DNA from: Nemertoderma westbladi
Taxonomy: Eukaryota > Animalia > Xenacoelomorpha
Direction of reading: 5' to 3'
DNA length: 64,000 bases
Assembly: GCA_032718475.1 (NCBI GenBank)
Contig: JAUCBJ010007336.1
Span: 42,416 to 106,415, forward strand
Shown here: piece after piece, positions 36,836-50,009 of the stretch
How the letters are laid out: each line of letters starts with the position of its first letter
Position numbering within the stretch: position 1 is the first letter of the stretch
Position numbers and translations under genes: made by a program
The notes under the pieces: generated by a model
Databases searched by the model: none
What the model was told of the DNA's origin: nothing
Seen by the model: only the letters and a program-made list of their open reading frames with translations

Positions 36836-38149
36836 CTAGTTGGCGACCAGAGTTTCCTGGGTGATGTGACATCGTCCCAGTTCACAGTTCGTCAGTTGAA
36901 GAAACTTACAGACTTATAATTTGTCCTATCTCCTATCTGCCTATATCCAGTATCCATATATCTGTATATCGTATAGGCAGATAGCTGGATAGGGGCTTAT
37001 CGTAAATTGCAATCTTGTCCGGAACAGGACGGTAATAGAGTACCGGCTGACCGGTAGTTCAATAGGTGTAATACAGTACTGCAGTACGGCAGTAATACTG
37101 AAGGCCTATGCTTTAAATGGCAGCATGGCGCCGCCACTGGTTGTCAGCATGGTTACGGCCAGAGCCATTGCTGTATTGCAGTCTGGCAGTATTGCCTGTC
37201 TATCTGCCTATCATTCCATCAGCTGATCAGCCATCCCATCACTGCATTTAATAATGAAACAAAGTAGGAGGGCCCTTAGAAGTCAATGGGAGCGGCAGCC
37301 ATAATGTCGTAAATATTCCTTCCAGAACAATGTATTTATTTAACATGGGGCGTATGCAGTTCATTAGTGACACAGACAAAAGGAGACACATACGGTAGTA
37401 TATTTAAGGTAAGTTGATTATATCAGTCTATTGGACGTCTGACTCCACGGCTGCGGCTGGGGTATCCCAGTGAGCGTCCGTATACAATAATAGGGCTTCC
37501 CTTAATAATGGTAACACAATGTGTATACTGTAATATATTATTTATACACCATGACCAAGGACTTCTAGAACATAGTATATTCTAAGAATATATACTATGT
37601 TCAATAAATATCCCAATATAATATGTCCCAATAAATAGTCTTCTGGTGATGGTAGAGTTCTGGTGGTGGGAAAATGTTTGGTGCAGACTAAAATGTTGTT
37701 CCTTTAATTAATTTCAGTAATTAAATAAATATAATAATCAAAACAAAAAATGATATACCGGTTACTATTGTACCAGTAGACTTTACTGCAGTACCGGTCC
37801 AGTACAGATAACCCTATTTCTACAATCAGCTACAGTACTGGTATATCACTCACTTAAAGGCCTTCGTAACTCTTATGTCCAAGGGTGATCCTAACAGAAA
37901 GGAGCTAAACTGGAAATAACAAATATAGTTACCGTAGAAACATCACCTAAATGTTACAATCGCTGAAATTTGTAATCTTTAATAATTATGTTAATACTCA
38001 AACAATGTCAGATTAGGAAATAAATATCAGCTCGATTTATATTCTTAACCTTCCTTATCTAAAGTTACAGAAAGGCCACACTAATAAAATAAACATAATT
38101 TAACAAACTTTGGTGCATATTTTGTAACTAATTTTGAAATCGCAACACT

Positions 38150-39800
38150 AAACTTGAATGCAGTCTCTATAGCAACAGGATCTAAAAATCAGACAAAAAA
38201 GATTGTCTTTATTTCGTGTACTGTAATTGCGACAACAAGAAGTTGAGTCAATGTTGATATACTGGATTTTGCTAAATCTACAGCTTGCAAATTTATATAT
38301 ACAGGTTTAGTCTTGAATTCTTTACCTTGACTTTTATGAACTGTTATAGCATGCATCGGTACAAATGGAAATTGAGTTCGGGTACCCTTTTCAGCATATC
38401 TTTTACCCTTAAGTCTTGCTGTTATTGGAAATATTGGAACCCATGCAGGATTTACCAACGATTTTGAGTCCTCATCAATTTTCAAATCTTGTATATCTAC
38501 AACAACATGGTTAATTGGAGGATTGTCACCCATTTGCAGAGCGTGAGCTGAGCATGTTCAATAATTTCTTAATATATCCAATTCCACTATTAATTATTCT
38601 CTTCGCAACACTAAGATTGTTAACAAAGACAACAGCCATATCCTTGTAAAGAGGAATACAGTGCTCTAGCATGATATTCCAAGCTTGAGGTCCTAGTCAC
38701 CAAGGTTCCACCTTGGTGTAGTGGTTGCTTTGAATTCACATAGAATTCACTGTAGGTCGTGGGTTCGATCCTCACATGGACCAAGGCAGTTTTCGTTTCG
38801 GGACGAATGCTTTAAAGGGACCAGCCAGGGCGTAGCTAAAAGAGTACTAGAGTTTCCTCTGAGGAGTAAAGTTCTGGGGGGACCGCACTGGAAATAAATC
38901 GTTAGACTTTGTGCGTAATCCCTGGCCTAGTGGCCGAAGAAAATTTAATTTAATTTTTATTTAATTTAATTTAATTTAATTTGTATACATAGATAATCAG
39001 AACGCATATTACAGTATACGTAGCTAGCTATTGAAATGTATAATTCTTTCTCATCAACACATACTTCATACATAATAGATATTGGTTCTTGACCTAATTT
39101 GGATCAATCAGGTGTATTACCAAGATCATTGATTGTTTTGAATAAGAAACCATAGTCTTCTTTTTCCTGTGCTCCTGTACGAATTCGATTGGCAATGATA
39201 GCTAATTTATCATCTGATCGATAGACTTTGGTTAAGTGTATAACATTGGTTCGAATATATTCTTTATAAATTTTGTGGCCTTTAATGTGAGGAGCCTTTG
39301 CTTTTTTCGTATTTATTGGCAAATCAATTAAATTTGGACAATCCCATATACATTTAGATTTAACAGGAGGTAATTGACCAATGTCACCGACAAACATAAC
39401 TTTCTTACTTCCCCATAGTGTGTCAGTATTGCCAGATGCATGACGCAAAGATCCGCATCAAGTAATGCTAAATTAACTGAAGTAGACATGGAAACTTCAA
39501 CTATTACAACCCTAACATCTTCTAGCAATGATGTTATTCGAGTTTGCCTTTCTGAAACCTTTAAGGCATAATAATCCCATTGAGATTTAGTATTATAGAG
39601 ACAAAAGAACCCCTCTAATGTGGCACTAAGTAAATTTGCTGCTGCAGACCCTGTTATTCCAAGAAGTAAAACACGTGAACATCCAATATAATAATATATC
39701 CGTTTGATTGTTTCTGTTTTACCAGTACCTGGTAAACCATGTAGAAAGAGTGTTTGAGGGGTTTCTATATTATTAACAATATCTTGAGTCATAATGTCAA
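38150..39800 (-). pseudogene. Degenerate PIF1-family SF1B helicase, probably Helitron-derived
   Basis: HGLPGTGKT, TGSAAA, VVIV-EVSM, FVGDIGQLPPV, LTKVYR, RTQFP....AITVHKSQG, with frameshifts and a SINE insertion. Confidence 0.8.
38704..38982 (+). mobile_element. tRNA-derived SINE
   Basis: A box TGGTGTAGTGG (38714), B box GGTTCGATCC (38762), acceptor-like GGTTCCA/TGGACC, unrelated body, (TTTAA)n tail. Confidence 0.85.
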
Positions 39801-40089
39801 AAGCAAGTTGTTGATCCTTAAAGGTGGAAGTTTTAACAGATTTTCAGACATGGGTATTGTCCCAGTGTCCAGGGACCCTACCATGGGGATTCCAACATAC
39901 ACTATTGTACTTCTGAGAACAATTTTCTACTGTAATTGGAACAATACTTTTTTCATCTAAAAAATCAACTTTTTATCAATTAAATTTATAGCAAACAGTG
40001 CGAGAAAGTACTTCTCTCGCTCAATATTGTTACTTTCTATCACAACATTATTTACAGAATGTCTCTTTATCACAAATTTAGATAGGTAA

Positions 40090-40245
40090 TTTTTACAGAA
40101 CATAAGCGAACACACAAGAACACACCCGAACACACTCCAAAAACTCTCGAACACACAATCGAACACAGTCGAAAATATAAAGAGAACAAAAAAATAACAC
40201 TGGTTTTTGGAGTGTGTTCGGGAGAGTTCTTGTGTTCTGTAAAAA
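40090..40245. repeat. Inverted repeat / hairpin (MITE-like)
   Basis: TTTTACAGAACA..CCCGAACACACTCCAAAAAC versus GTTTTTGGAGTGTGTTCGGG..TGTTCTGTAAAA. Confidence 0.6.
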
Positions 40246-43200
40246 TATCTAAAATAAGAATGTGCGAAGGTAAGAACTGTTAGGGGGGGTGGGGGGGGGG
40301 GATGTCTGCGGGGAAGTGTCTTACTTGAACGGGGGGAACTATCCGGGGGGTGTCCGTGGGGGGGGGGGGGGGGGGGTGGGGGTGTCCGCTCACCAAATTT
40401 TAGTTGTTTTTCTTTTAAATGTAATTTAGAAAAGGATACTGTTCATTTTTTTGGAAGTGCATTCCATAAAGGAAGGATGGATGACCTTATATCCAATTAA
40501 AGCAGCCTACTATGTTGTCGAGTCGGTTTGGGGAAGTTAGTAGTAAAATAAATACAAGTTATTACTTCTATTACTTCGTTATTACTTCAACTAAAATCTT
40601 TATATTCCGACAAACCTACAGTAGTAATATAATTTAATCCAAACCACACAAACACACTAACTAATTACAAAAGAATGAATATTAAGTCTAATACATAGCG
40701 TTTATATCAGTACATTGATTACGTAAAATACTCAAGGTCAAACAGGTTATACATGGCAATAATGGTTTAAATGATAACACAATTAATTACGTAATTAATT
40801 ACAATAAGTGTTAAACCTGCAGTGATTATCAGATTGCAGTCAAGGTCAAAATAAGCAATAAATCTAAACAAGAACTTTGCTAATATCACAATAGACAAAT
40901 TAGTAGTATCCACGACATTTCCCCCAAATTAATTTACAAAATATACGAACAAAGTTCAAAAAAAAATTATTCACAATGTCAAAAAAAAATAAACCAAATT
41001 AATATAAAGTTCAATAATTTTATGTCTATACTGTAGATATCCTACTTTTATAACAAGAAACAAAATACTAGTCCATTTATGCTGTTATGTGAATTAACCA
41101 AGCTTCAAATAATAATATAAACAACACATATTTTGTAGATTATAACCCTACAACCAATAGATAATAAATTTCAGTTATTTGTTTCCAAAGGATAAAGACG
41201 TGTCACTGGTCTACAGTATTGAGTTCCACAGTTTTTTTCTTGTGTGCAGCGTAGACCTTTACAGTGGCACTTCGAATCCTTCCATCACGGCCGCCTGTAT
41301 GAGTTTGTTTTATTTTAGCGAGTCTCCATCGAGATTGTGGCATTTTTTCCTCGTGTACGAGAACTACATCACCGACACTGGGTTCGACTCTGTTGTTTTG
41401 ATTGGGGACGTGTGGTTTATAGTGTTCTCGTAATTCGATGAGGTATTCTTTCAACCATCGTTTCCAATAGGCGTTAACTAGATTGAATTGAAGTTTTCCA
41501 CGTTTCCGCATTACAATAGAGTTGATTTCGTCTTTAACGGGACAGTGTAACTCCCCCAATCTTCGACCATATAACAAATGGGAAGGTGTTAAGGGCTCAA
41601 TATCATCCATATCATCGTGGTAGACGAAGGTAAGCGGTCGGTTGATTATTACGTGTTCAACTTCTAGAGCGACAGTCCTCATTTCACCAATATAAATACA
41701 TTTGGAACCGATTAAAACAATGTTTGGATAAACCCACCAGACGTTCCCAGAAACCACCCCACCATGGGGCGAGTTCAACATTAAAATCCCACGGTATCTT
41801 CTTCCTTGAGAGATATCCAATAAACGTTTCGTCACGAACAATCATCTTTGTGAATTTCCGTATTTCTTTGGATGCTGCCTTAAATGTTTTTCCATTGTCG
41901 GATAAAATAGAGGCAGGGACACCGTATCGTGATATAAACCTTCTAAAGGATAGTAAAAATAAATCTGTAGTTAAGTTTTCGACGATGTCCAGACACACAG
42001 CTCTTGAGGCACTGCAAGTATAAAGAACAAGATAAGTTTTTAGTTTATATGAGTTACCTTCTACAACAATTACGTTGTTAAACGGACCTGCAAAATCAAT
42101 ACCTGTATTATGGAAACAGTCAAACATTTCAACCCGTTTGAGTGGCAAGGTAGGCATTGTCTGAGTGCTGAACGATTTTCCTTCTATGCGTTTACAAATC
42201 TTGCAATTCTTTATAATATTTCACGCATTTCAGCCAACGTATCCCCAGTTCCATTGTGGATAACATTCCAATGTGATTCAATAATAACTAACTTTGTAAA
42301 GTAGTCGTTCCTGTGTAACAATAAGGGGAATTTCTGATTATATGGGATATTAGCAGCTCCAATACGGCCTCGGCAATGTGTAAATTATTTTCATCTAAAT
42401 ATAGATTTAGAGATGTTACCAAAGGTGGAGCAGTTTTTTCTTTATTATTCAAATAATTTATTTCGCTAGAATAATTCAGTTTCTGTAAGTTAAGGATCCA
42501 CATATTCTCGGCAGTTTGTATCTCAAATGCTGATAAATATCCATTGTGTGGGTAAGTGTTTTGTAGCATCTTTTGCTCTATATTTTGAATAAATCTTAAA
42601 ACCCAACTGGTTATTGCCAGCAATCTTTTCTTTGAAGAAAAATTTTCACACTTTATAACAGAAATAATTGCGGGATCAATACAAAGAGATGATGAAGTGG
42701 TGATAATTTGTTCTTCTGAATTTGATATTTCCACATTCACTAGGTCTTTTGGAACATCGGGCCAATTTTCAATGCTATCTATCAGCCAACTGGGACCACT
42801 CCACCACAAACTTGATTCGACTATTTGTTTTGCACACATTCCTCTGCTACCTATATCAGCTGGATTACATTTAGTTGGTACATGATTCCACACATTAATG
42901 TGAGTATTCTTGCGTATCTCTGTAACACTATGATGTACAAATGTCGGAAATTGTTTATTGACATCTTTTATCCAAAACAAGGCTGTAGTAGCGTCACTCC
43001 AACAATAATATTTTTCAATAGATAAAGCCTTTGAAACAATGCCAATAAGTCGTGAAAGGATGAGACAACCAAGTAATTCCAATTTAGGTATTTTTGACTG
43101 TAATTTAAAGAGTTTTGGCACAAACTAATGAAACACTCACATGTTTATTAGTTTCACTCCGAAGATAAATTGCGGCACAGTAGGCTTTCTTTGATGCATC

Positions 43201-45264
43201 CGCAAACCCGTGGAGCTCAGAATTTATGACACACGATGTCTCCTTTGCGTGATAATATCGTGGTATCGTAAACCCATTCAAGCATTCTAATTCTTGTATT
43301 GATGATTTCCAACTTTCCATTGTTTTTTCCGTAAGAGGACCATCCCAAGAAATTCCGTCAAATGTAATTTCCTGAAATAGACACTTAAATATTACTGTGA
43401 AAGGTGAAATTAATCCCAATCCAAATAAATACTTGCAGAAATTTTCAGAAGGTTTCGATTTGATGGGGTATAGTTTTTCGCCTTTTCAATGATAGAATCA
43501 ATTGGGAAAATAATTACATCAATAGAAGGAATCCAAGTATATCCAAGAATCTTTGTTGAAGCCGATTCATCAATTATCAGTTGTTCAGCTTTTTCAGAGC
43601 GATCGTTCAAATCAACCTTCTGTAATAAATCAGCGTTATTAGTTACCCATTTTCTTAACTTCATCCGAGGTTCGCTGAAAATGAATTTTGTTTGATTATA
43701 AAAATTATCTGCTTCAGAAATAGTGTCGAAACTAGAAGGTAAGTCATCTACGTGTAAATCCTGCAAAACCTTTGCAACAGTTTTAATGAATTCAGACTGA
43801 TCTAAATATTTGGATAAATGTGTATGTAGGACACCCAGAAGTACAAACTGACTGGAACCCAGACCAAATGGAAGACTTGTCCAGTGATAAACCCCAGGAA
43901 TAATCTCATCAACTTTAGAAATATTGGTATTATCTGTCCATAAGAATATGAGTGAGTCTCTGTCATCTTTATGAATAGAAATCATTAAAAATAGGCTTTT
44001 TCAGCATCTGCCAATGCAACAATTGGCATTCTAATTCTCAATAATATTTGAAATAAATCCATAATCAACAAAGGGCCGACATGTAAACAATCATTTAACG
44101 ATGGACTACCTCTATAACGTTTTGCTGACCCATCAAATACAATTCGATGTTTCGTAGTTGACCAGTCTAATTTAATAACTACGTGGCATATAATGGCATT
44201 TGTCATTATTTTCATAATTACTTTCAACTAATTCTATGAAACCTCTATCGTGATATTCTTAATGATGCCATATTATTAATTTTAAAATTATTAATTATTA
44301 AACAATAAAATTATTAATGACGCCATAGGTCGAAAAAAGTGGCTTGTCTTTAAGTAGTTTTGATACTAAATTTCTTAGTCGATTTTCAGATAAATTATAA
44401 TTGGTAAATCTCCACTGTCGGCTAAGTCTAAACCGGCAAGATGTGAATAATTTGGACCGATTAAGTTGGCATTGCCTTGAGTTAAAGTGGAGCAAATTAT
44501 TGGGACACGCAAGACATTTATTGAAATCTCAAAATTTTCTTTCTTTAAAATGTATTCCACATCCTCAAGGTTTAGTTGTTTAAGCTCAAATTGTTCCGAC
44601 ATAAATGTATTAATATTAATATTAACCTTATCAATGCTTGTATGCAATTGTTATGCAATGTAGTTCTAACTCACAGTGAACCCTCTCTACTATGGATAAT
44701 ACTGTACACGAATCTGGACCGAACTGGACCGAACTGAACCGAACTGGATCGAAAGAGTGGCGAACTGGACCGCCAAATGAAAGATAACCTAAAAACAACC
44801 ATCCATGCAGACAGGTGAACATTAATATTGAATTTCAATTGGTCTTTTCATACATTATAAATTTAGTTGCTTATAAGATGACGCTAAATTAAGATTACTT
44901 GCTTCACATAAAACACTGCTGTACTCCTTTTACCAGTAGGCCTACCGGTAGCAGGTATCTGGGTTTATAGTGTTTATAGATTGCAGTATTTTGCGTACCG
45001 GTAGTTGTATTCAATGGAGCAATGAATGACAGTATCGGAAGCCAGAGTACACACGGTAAATTCGTTAAATATGTACCGGTAATGTAATTCATTAAATTGA
45101 AATGTAGGCTACCGGTAAATAAATAAATATTGCATATAATAAATTAAAATAAATAAATACAGAAATAGTAGTGCCAGATTTCTGGCGTTTGTTAAAAACA
45201 CTGAACAGCAACAGCGGAACGATGCCAATCAGCCGATGCGGACTGCCGGATCAGAAAGAGGGCG

Positions 45265-45520
45265 ACGGAGTCTATTAAATGGAAACCCTGTATCGATCGC
45301 GACCCGGGACGATGGCGGCGGAGTCTATTAAACCCGGGACGGTGACGGCAGGCTGGCGGAGCCTATTAAACCCGGAACGATGACAACGGAGTTTATTAAA
45401 CCCGGGAAGATGACAGTGGAGTCTATTAAACCCGGGACGATGCAACGGCTGGACTGGACGGAGTCTATTAAACCCGGGACACTGACGGCGGAATCTATTA
45501 AACCTAAAACGATGGCTTCG
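45265..45520. repeat. 30-bp tandem repeat (GGAGTCTATTAAACCCGGGACGATGACGGC) inside the MULE
   Basis: About 7 copies; the plus frame reads ESIKPGTMTA. Confidence 0.85.
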
Positions 45521-46649
45521 ATTCTGAGTCTCTTAAACATTTTACTGCTACTGGTTTGAGAGATCGACCTGCCAATACCAACTACTGCTTTCTCCGAATT
45601 CCTAGTAATATACTTTGATCTTAATAATAATTATTCAACCAACATCAATTATTTTAAAGGCCAAAAAGTCTTGTCAATGTCTAATAATGGTAAAAACTAA
45701 ATAGCTTAGAATTATAATTAATTTTGTTGTTTATTCTGTTATAATTATTTATAATGTAAAGGAATTATATATTTTGGCAGTCTACCGTACTGAGCGACCA
45801 TGATGATAAAAGGAAATGTTGCCGAAATATTTTCACTTAATTGCAGATAGAAGGGGGGGGGGGGGGGGGGGGTCTTTAGATGCAATCAAAATTCTTCCCT
45901 CTCCAGGTGAAAATCGATGCAAATAACAGCTGTTTACTCCTAAAAATAAAACTGTAACCTGTTCTATTGTGTTTTATTTATTCCTTTTTGTTAGAATAAC
46001 GTGCCACCGTAACCTGCTAATTTTCTTTAATAAATAATTTACCATGAGACATGCTAATAATCTGCCGATGACAGTATTTGCGTCAATTCCCCATCGCGAT
46101 CAGCCCCATTGCCAACAACTCCGACTATGTATAAAGTAGTATTAAGCGGCTCTCTAGTTACGTAATAAATATTCGAAAACAGTAAACTAATTACGGCGAG
46201 TAAAATTACTTTTTTTGAAGAAGATTTGTAGATTACACTCAGTGTGTTGATTAAACTCAGATTTTACTATTAAACATAAAAAATTATTACTATTAAACAT
46301 AAAATAAAAACAACCGTTAAAATGTAACAATCAAAAAGGCAATACAATATTAAAGCACGAACAATCATCAAATTTAAATTATTTAATAATAAATTAATTA
46401 TACACAATAAATTCAATAAGACCCTCCTTCACTTCCACACTCAATTCGGATTGTGCCTTTAAGGTAAGCGTTAATTGTCGACTATAGTAATGTCGACTTC
46501 CTCAAATTCTGAGTTACACGACATACAAATATGTCATGTCAAAGTCGAGGAAAATTACGATAAGAATAAGTACCAGTACTTTCTTGTCAGATCTATTGTA
46601 AATTTATAATCTGCAATCTACCTCCTACACAGTAATTAATTAGATAGGT

Positions 46650-47318
46650 TCCACCAGCAGGCAGCAGACACTGATTGATTCTTTGAGAAAGCTGAAAGCG
46701 TGCAGGGCCAGCGTTATATTAACAGATTCAATGGCTTCTTCCAATGGAGACACGAGACACCAATAACCGAAAGTAATGGACCGATAATTTCTTCTTGCAT
46801 GATTACCAACGACCCATTGGCCATCCACCCCGACTGAGCTCCCAGTACGGGTACGGGTATCCCCGCCCAAAACAACCAAGTCTCTATCCACCTCGAGAAA
46901 ACGAGAAACTCGATCGAAATGCCTCGGGGGGGGGGGGGGGGGGGGTGTGGGTTATCCGTCCGTAATTGGAATCGCCGACCACTACGGATTATCCCCGTAC
47001 CCGTAGAATTCCCGGTCCCGCAGGCCGCAGCTTCCGACCCGATTCGATTTATCGAATTGGAATTGGACTCCCACTTTTGCGCTGCAAAGAATGTAATCCT
47101 GTTATCTGGTGCGATACACGTCTGTCAGACGCAGCCGTTCAGCCCTCCCCCAAGGCGATCTGGTCCGCTGCTAAACCCAGATCGCATCGCATTCTTCGTC
47201 GACGTCGACATAAGTCTGACTCTTCCCGCCGCACTCCGTGCTCGGAGTATGGAGTAAGAAACTCGGCAGCGGCCCACATTACGATCCGACTGACCCCGTG
47301 TAGAAAATATAATCAAAC
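46650..47318 (-). pseudogene. ALDH3: Intronless degenerate class-3 aldehyde dehydrogenase fragment
   Basis: FDYIFYTGS, IVMWAAAEFLTP, ECGGKSQTYVD, QTCIAPD/DYILC, REFYG, NYGRI, RHFDRV, MQEEIIGPLL, LEEAIESVN, ALHAFS in ALDH3 order. Confidence 0.9.
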
Positions 47319-48474
47319 ATTACTGCTTTCATTGCTGCATTGAACACAACTACCAGTACGCAAAATACTACAATCTATAAGCCCAGATACCTGCTACCGG
47401 TAGGCCTACTGGTAAAAGCAGTACAGCAGTGTTTTATGTGAAGTAAATAATCTTAATTTAGCGACATCTTATAAGCAACTAAATTTATAATGTATGAAAA
47501 GACCAAATGAAATTCAATATTAATTTTCACCTGTTTGCATGGATGGTTGTTTTTAGATTATCTTTCATTTGGCGGTCCAGTTCGGTCCAGTTCGCCACTC
47601 TTTCGATCCAGTTCGGTTCAGTTCGGTCCAGATTCGAGTACAGAACTATCCCTCTACTATGTAAGATTTATGACTTCCTGGATCAAAGAATACTCGAATC
47701 GGCAATGTCATTCCAGTTTTTGGATTAATACAATCAACTCGATATGTTAACAGTAGTATCCCTGCTCGAGGTACTCTCTTTATAGACGTGTGGGTGGTGA
47801 CGTTTTCCATAGCTTCAGCCTGTGAAACTTCACTAGAAATATTACTGGAAAGACATAAATTATCGTTATTGGAATTTGATACAGAAATTTTTGCGTTTGA
47901 AATTCTATTAGAATTTTCGCAAATTGAACTATGATGTTTACATCTACCACGGCTTTTACAAAAAGCCTTGGTGCCTTTCTTTGATACAATTATAGCAGCG
48001 GCCTTCTTTTACAAGCAATTATTTTCTTTTAGAAATGCCAGGGACCATATCACAAGCATCTGATTTATGATTGACAGTTTTGCAATAAACACAAATTGGG
48101 GCTTGTTCTACAAATTCTCTTGTTCGTTTTTCAGCATTGAAAACAGAAGCAGACATTGTAGGAACTGATTTATAGGTTTTCGCTGTTTGTTGTTGATCTT
48201 GGTATTTGTTTGCTGGTTTACAAATAGTCTTGGGTGTAGTAATTTCAATTAATTCCCTATTTTCAATTTCTTTATCTAGATATTCTAATACTTTTGCCAG
48301 ATCCCTTGCATTCTTTTCGTTTTGTTTGCATTGCCGCATTGTTTCCAACCTGATTTCTTCAGGGACCTTTTCTAGTATCTTACGCATAATTGAAATTCCC
48401 AAGCACTGTTGATCTAAACCCAGAGCTTCCAAAGATCTAATGTGGACAAGACATTTGTCTAAAAAATTCCTTAA

Positions 48475-50005
48475 CCCTATTAAACCCGGGGGGGAGGGTC
48501 AATATGACCCCCCCCCCGTTGTTTTTTTATTATAATTCTGAAACAAACGCAGTTGGGAATCTGAAATTTTATGACTTTTCCTAAAAATCTTTTTTCTTCC
48601 TAGTAGTGAAATCCATTTTCAAATATTGGGTATTTTTCGAGTTATAGCACCATTTTTTAACCCTACTTTTGGCACTTTTTTTTAGACGTTTTTTGAAAAT
48701 TACATTTCATTAAATATGAATTGTAACATCTCTATTTTTGATTTACACCGGTTTTTTGGTGTTAGCAATTAGATGGAATTCATATAAATTGATTTAGAAA
48801 TTGCAAACTTGTAGTTTTCGGCGGGTGCCAAATTTTGGTGCCAGCACCAAATTTTGAAATATGTCAATTTTGTAAATTGATTGTTTGAAACTTGTTTTCT
48901 ACGCAATTGGGGTTTTTTGGGGTTATGGTTTCGATGAAATATATACGAGTTGCACCAAGCGTATCAAACTTGTATTTTTAGGTGCGTGCAAATTTTGGTG
49001 CTAGCACGAAATTTTGAAAATCCATTCAATAGATAAAATTGCTTGTAACAATTTATTTCTTGCGTTATAGAGGTTTATGGGTGTTCTGAATTCAATGGAA
49101 TATATAATTATCAAACTAGACATATCAAACTTGTATTTTTCGGAAGGGGTGCAAAATGTGGTGCTAGCACCAAAATTTGAAATCCATCAAATTCATCAAT
49201 TGATTGTGTCACCTTGTTTCTTGCGTTATACGGGTTTGTGAGGGTTCTGAATTCAATGGAATCAGTAAAAATTTCATACGAGTTTTCAAACTTGTATTTT
49301 TCGCCGGTGGGTGAAAATTGTTGTGCCAGCACCAAATTTTGGAAAATAAACAAATTGATCAGAAGATAGTATTATCTTGTTTCTTGCGTTATACGGGTTT
49401 ATGAGCGTCCTGAATCCGATGGAATCAATAAAAACAGCACTGGACATCGCAAACTTTTACTTTTTGGTGATGGGTACGATATTTGATGCTAGCACCAAAA
49501 TTTGCCAAATTACGCCGAAAAATACAAGTTGCAATGATCTTGCATATTAGAAATATATTCCATTAGAATCAGCGCCCAAGAAAACCTAAAAATGTGAATT
49601 TATAGCCTCGTATAAGTGAATTAAAAATTTTGTGTTCAAACTGAAAAGTGCTGGTTACTTGTTTTTTTCATTTTTTCCTACGCAGAGAGGACTAAACAGC
49701 CATTTATAGTAACCATTTCATTTTTAAATATTTTCCAATCTATTTTGCGCCCCAGAAAACCTGTATTGAAAAACAATTAGCCGAAAAATGTAACTTTCAA
49801 ATTTTGTGAAAATTGTGCACTACTTGTAATTTTGGTGCTGCAATATAACCACCCCAGTATATTTTTTCGAAAATTTTTTTTTTCGGTCGGATCCAGACTA
49901 GTGATACCTACGTACAGACAAAAAATCAGACGTGGGGGTGGGTCAATATGACCCCCCCCCCCCCCCCGTATTTGTACAACATTTTATAGCCCGGTACTAA
50001 TAGGG
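48475..50005. mobile_element. piggyBac-type non-autonomous element with internal tandem units
   Basis: TTAA-CCCTATTA...CCGGG / CCCGG...TAATAGGG-TTAA ends; GGGTCAATATGACCC palindromes near both ends; about 150-170-bp internal repeats (GCACCAAAATTT, AAACTTGTATTTT). Confidence 0.8.
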
Positions 50006-50009
50006 TTAA

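Larger units (their letters stand above)
44694..47651. mobile_element. Pack-MULE (non-autonomous Mutator-like element with gene cargo)
   Basis: About 335-bp TIRs (44694-45034 / 47321-47651) starting GGATA; 9-bp TSD CTCTACTAT (44685-44693 / 47652-47660); removing it restores BEL protease DPGSHKSYIVERVH. Confidence 0.93.
40513..48474 (-). mobile_element. Degenerate BEL/Pao element 2 (5'-truncated; split by a MULE)
   Basis: Candidate 3' LTR 40513-40917 preceded by GGGGGAAA; integrase GIDFAGP/SDNGKTF/PWWGGFWER; RNase H HGFADAS/WSD/NPADIGSRG; RT LHVDD; protease FFDPGSHKSYI; gag 47760-48474. Confidence 0.9.

Noticed and set aside
36841-36860. TGGCGACCA resembling a Gypsy PBS
   Set aside because: No preceding LTR end or downstream gag found
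38704-38783. Functional tRNA gene
   Set aside because: D and anticodon arms are abnormal and it continues into a SINE body and tail
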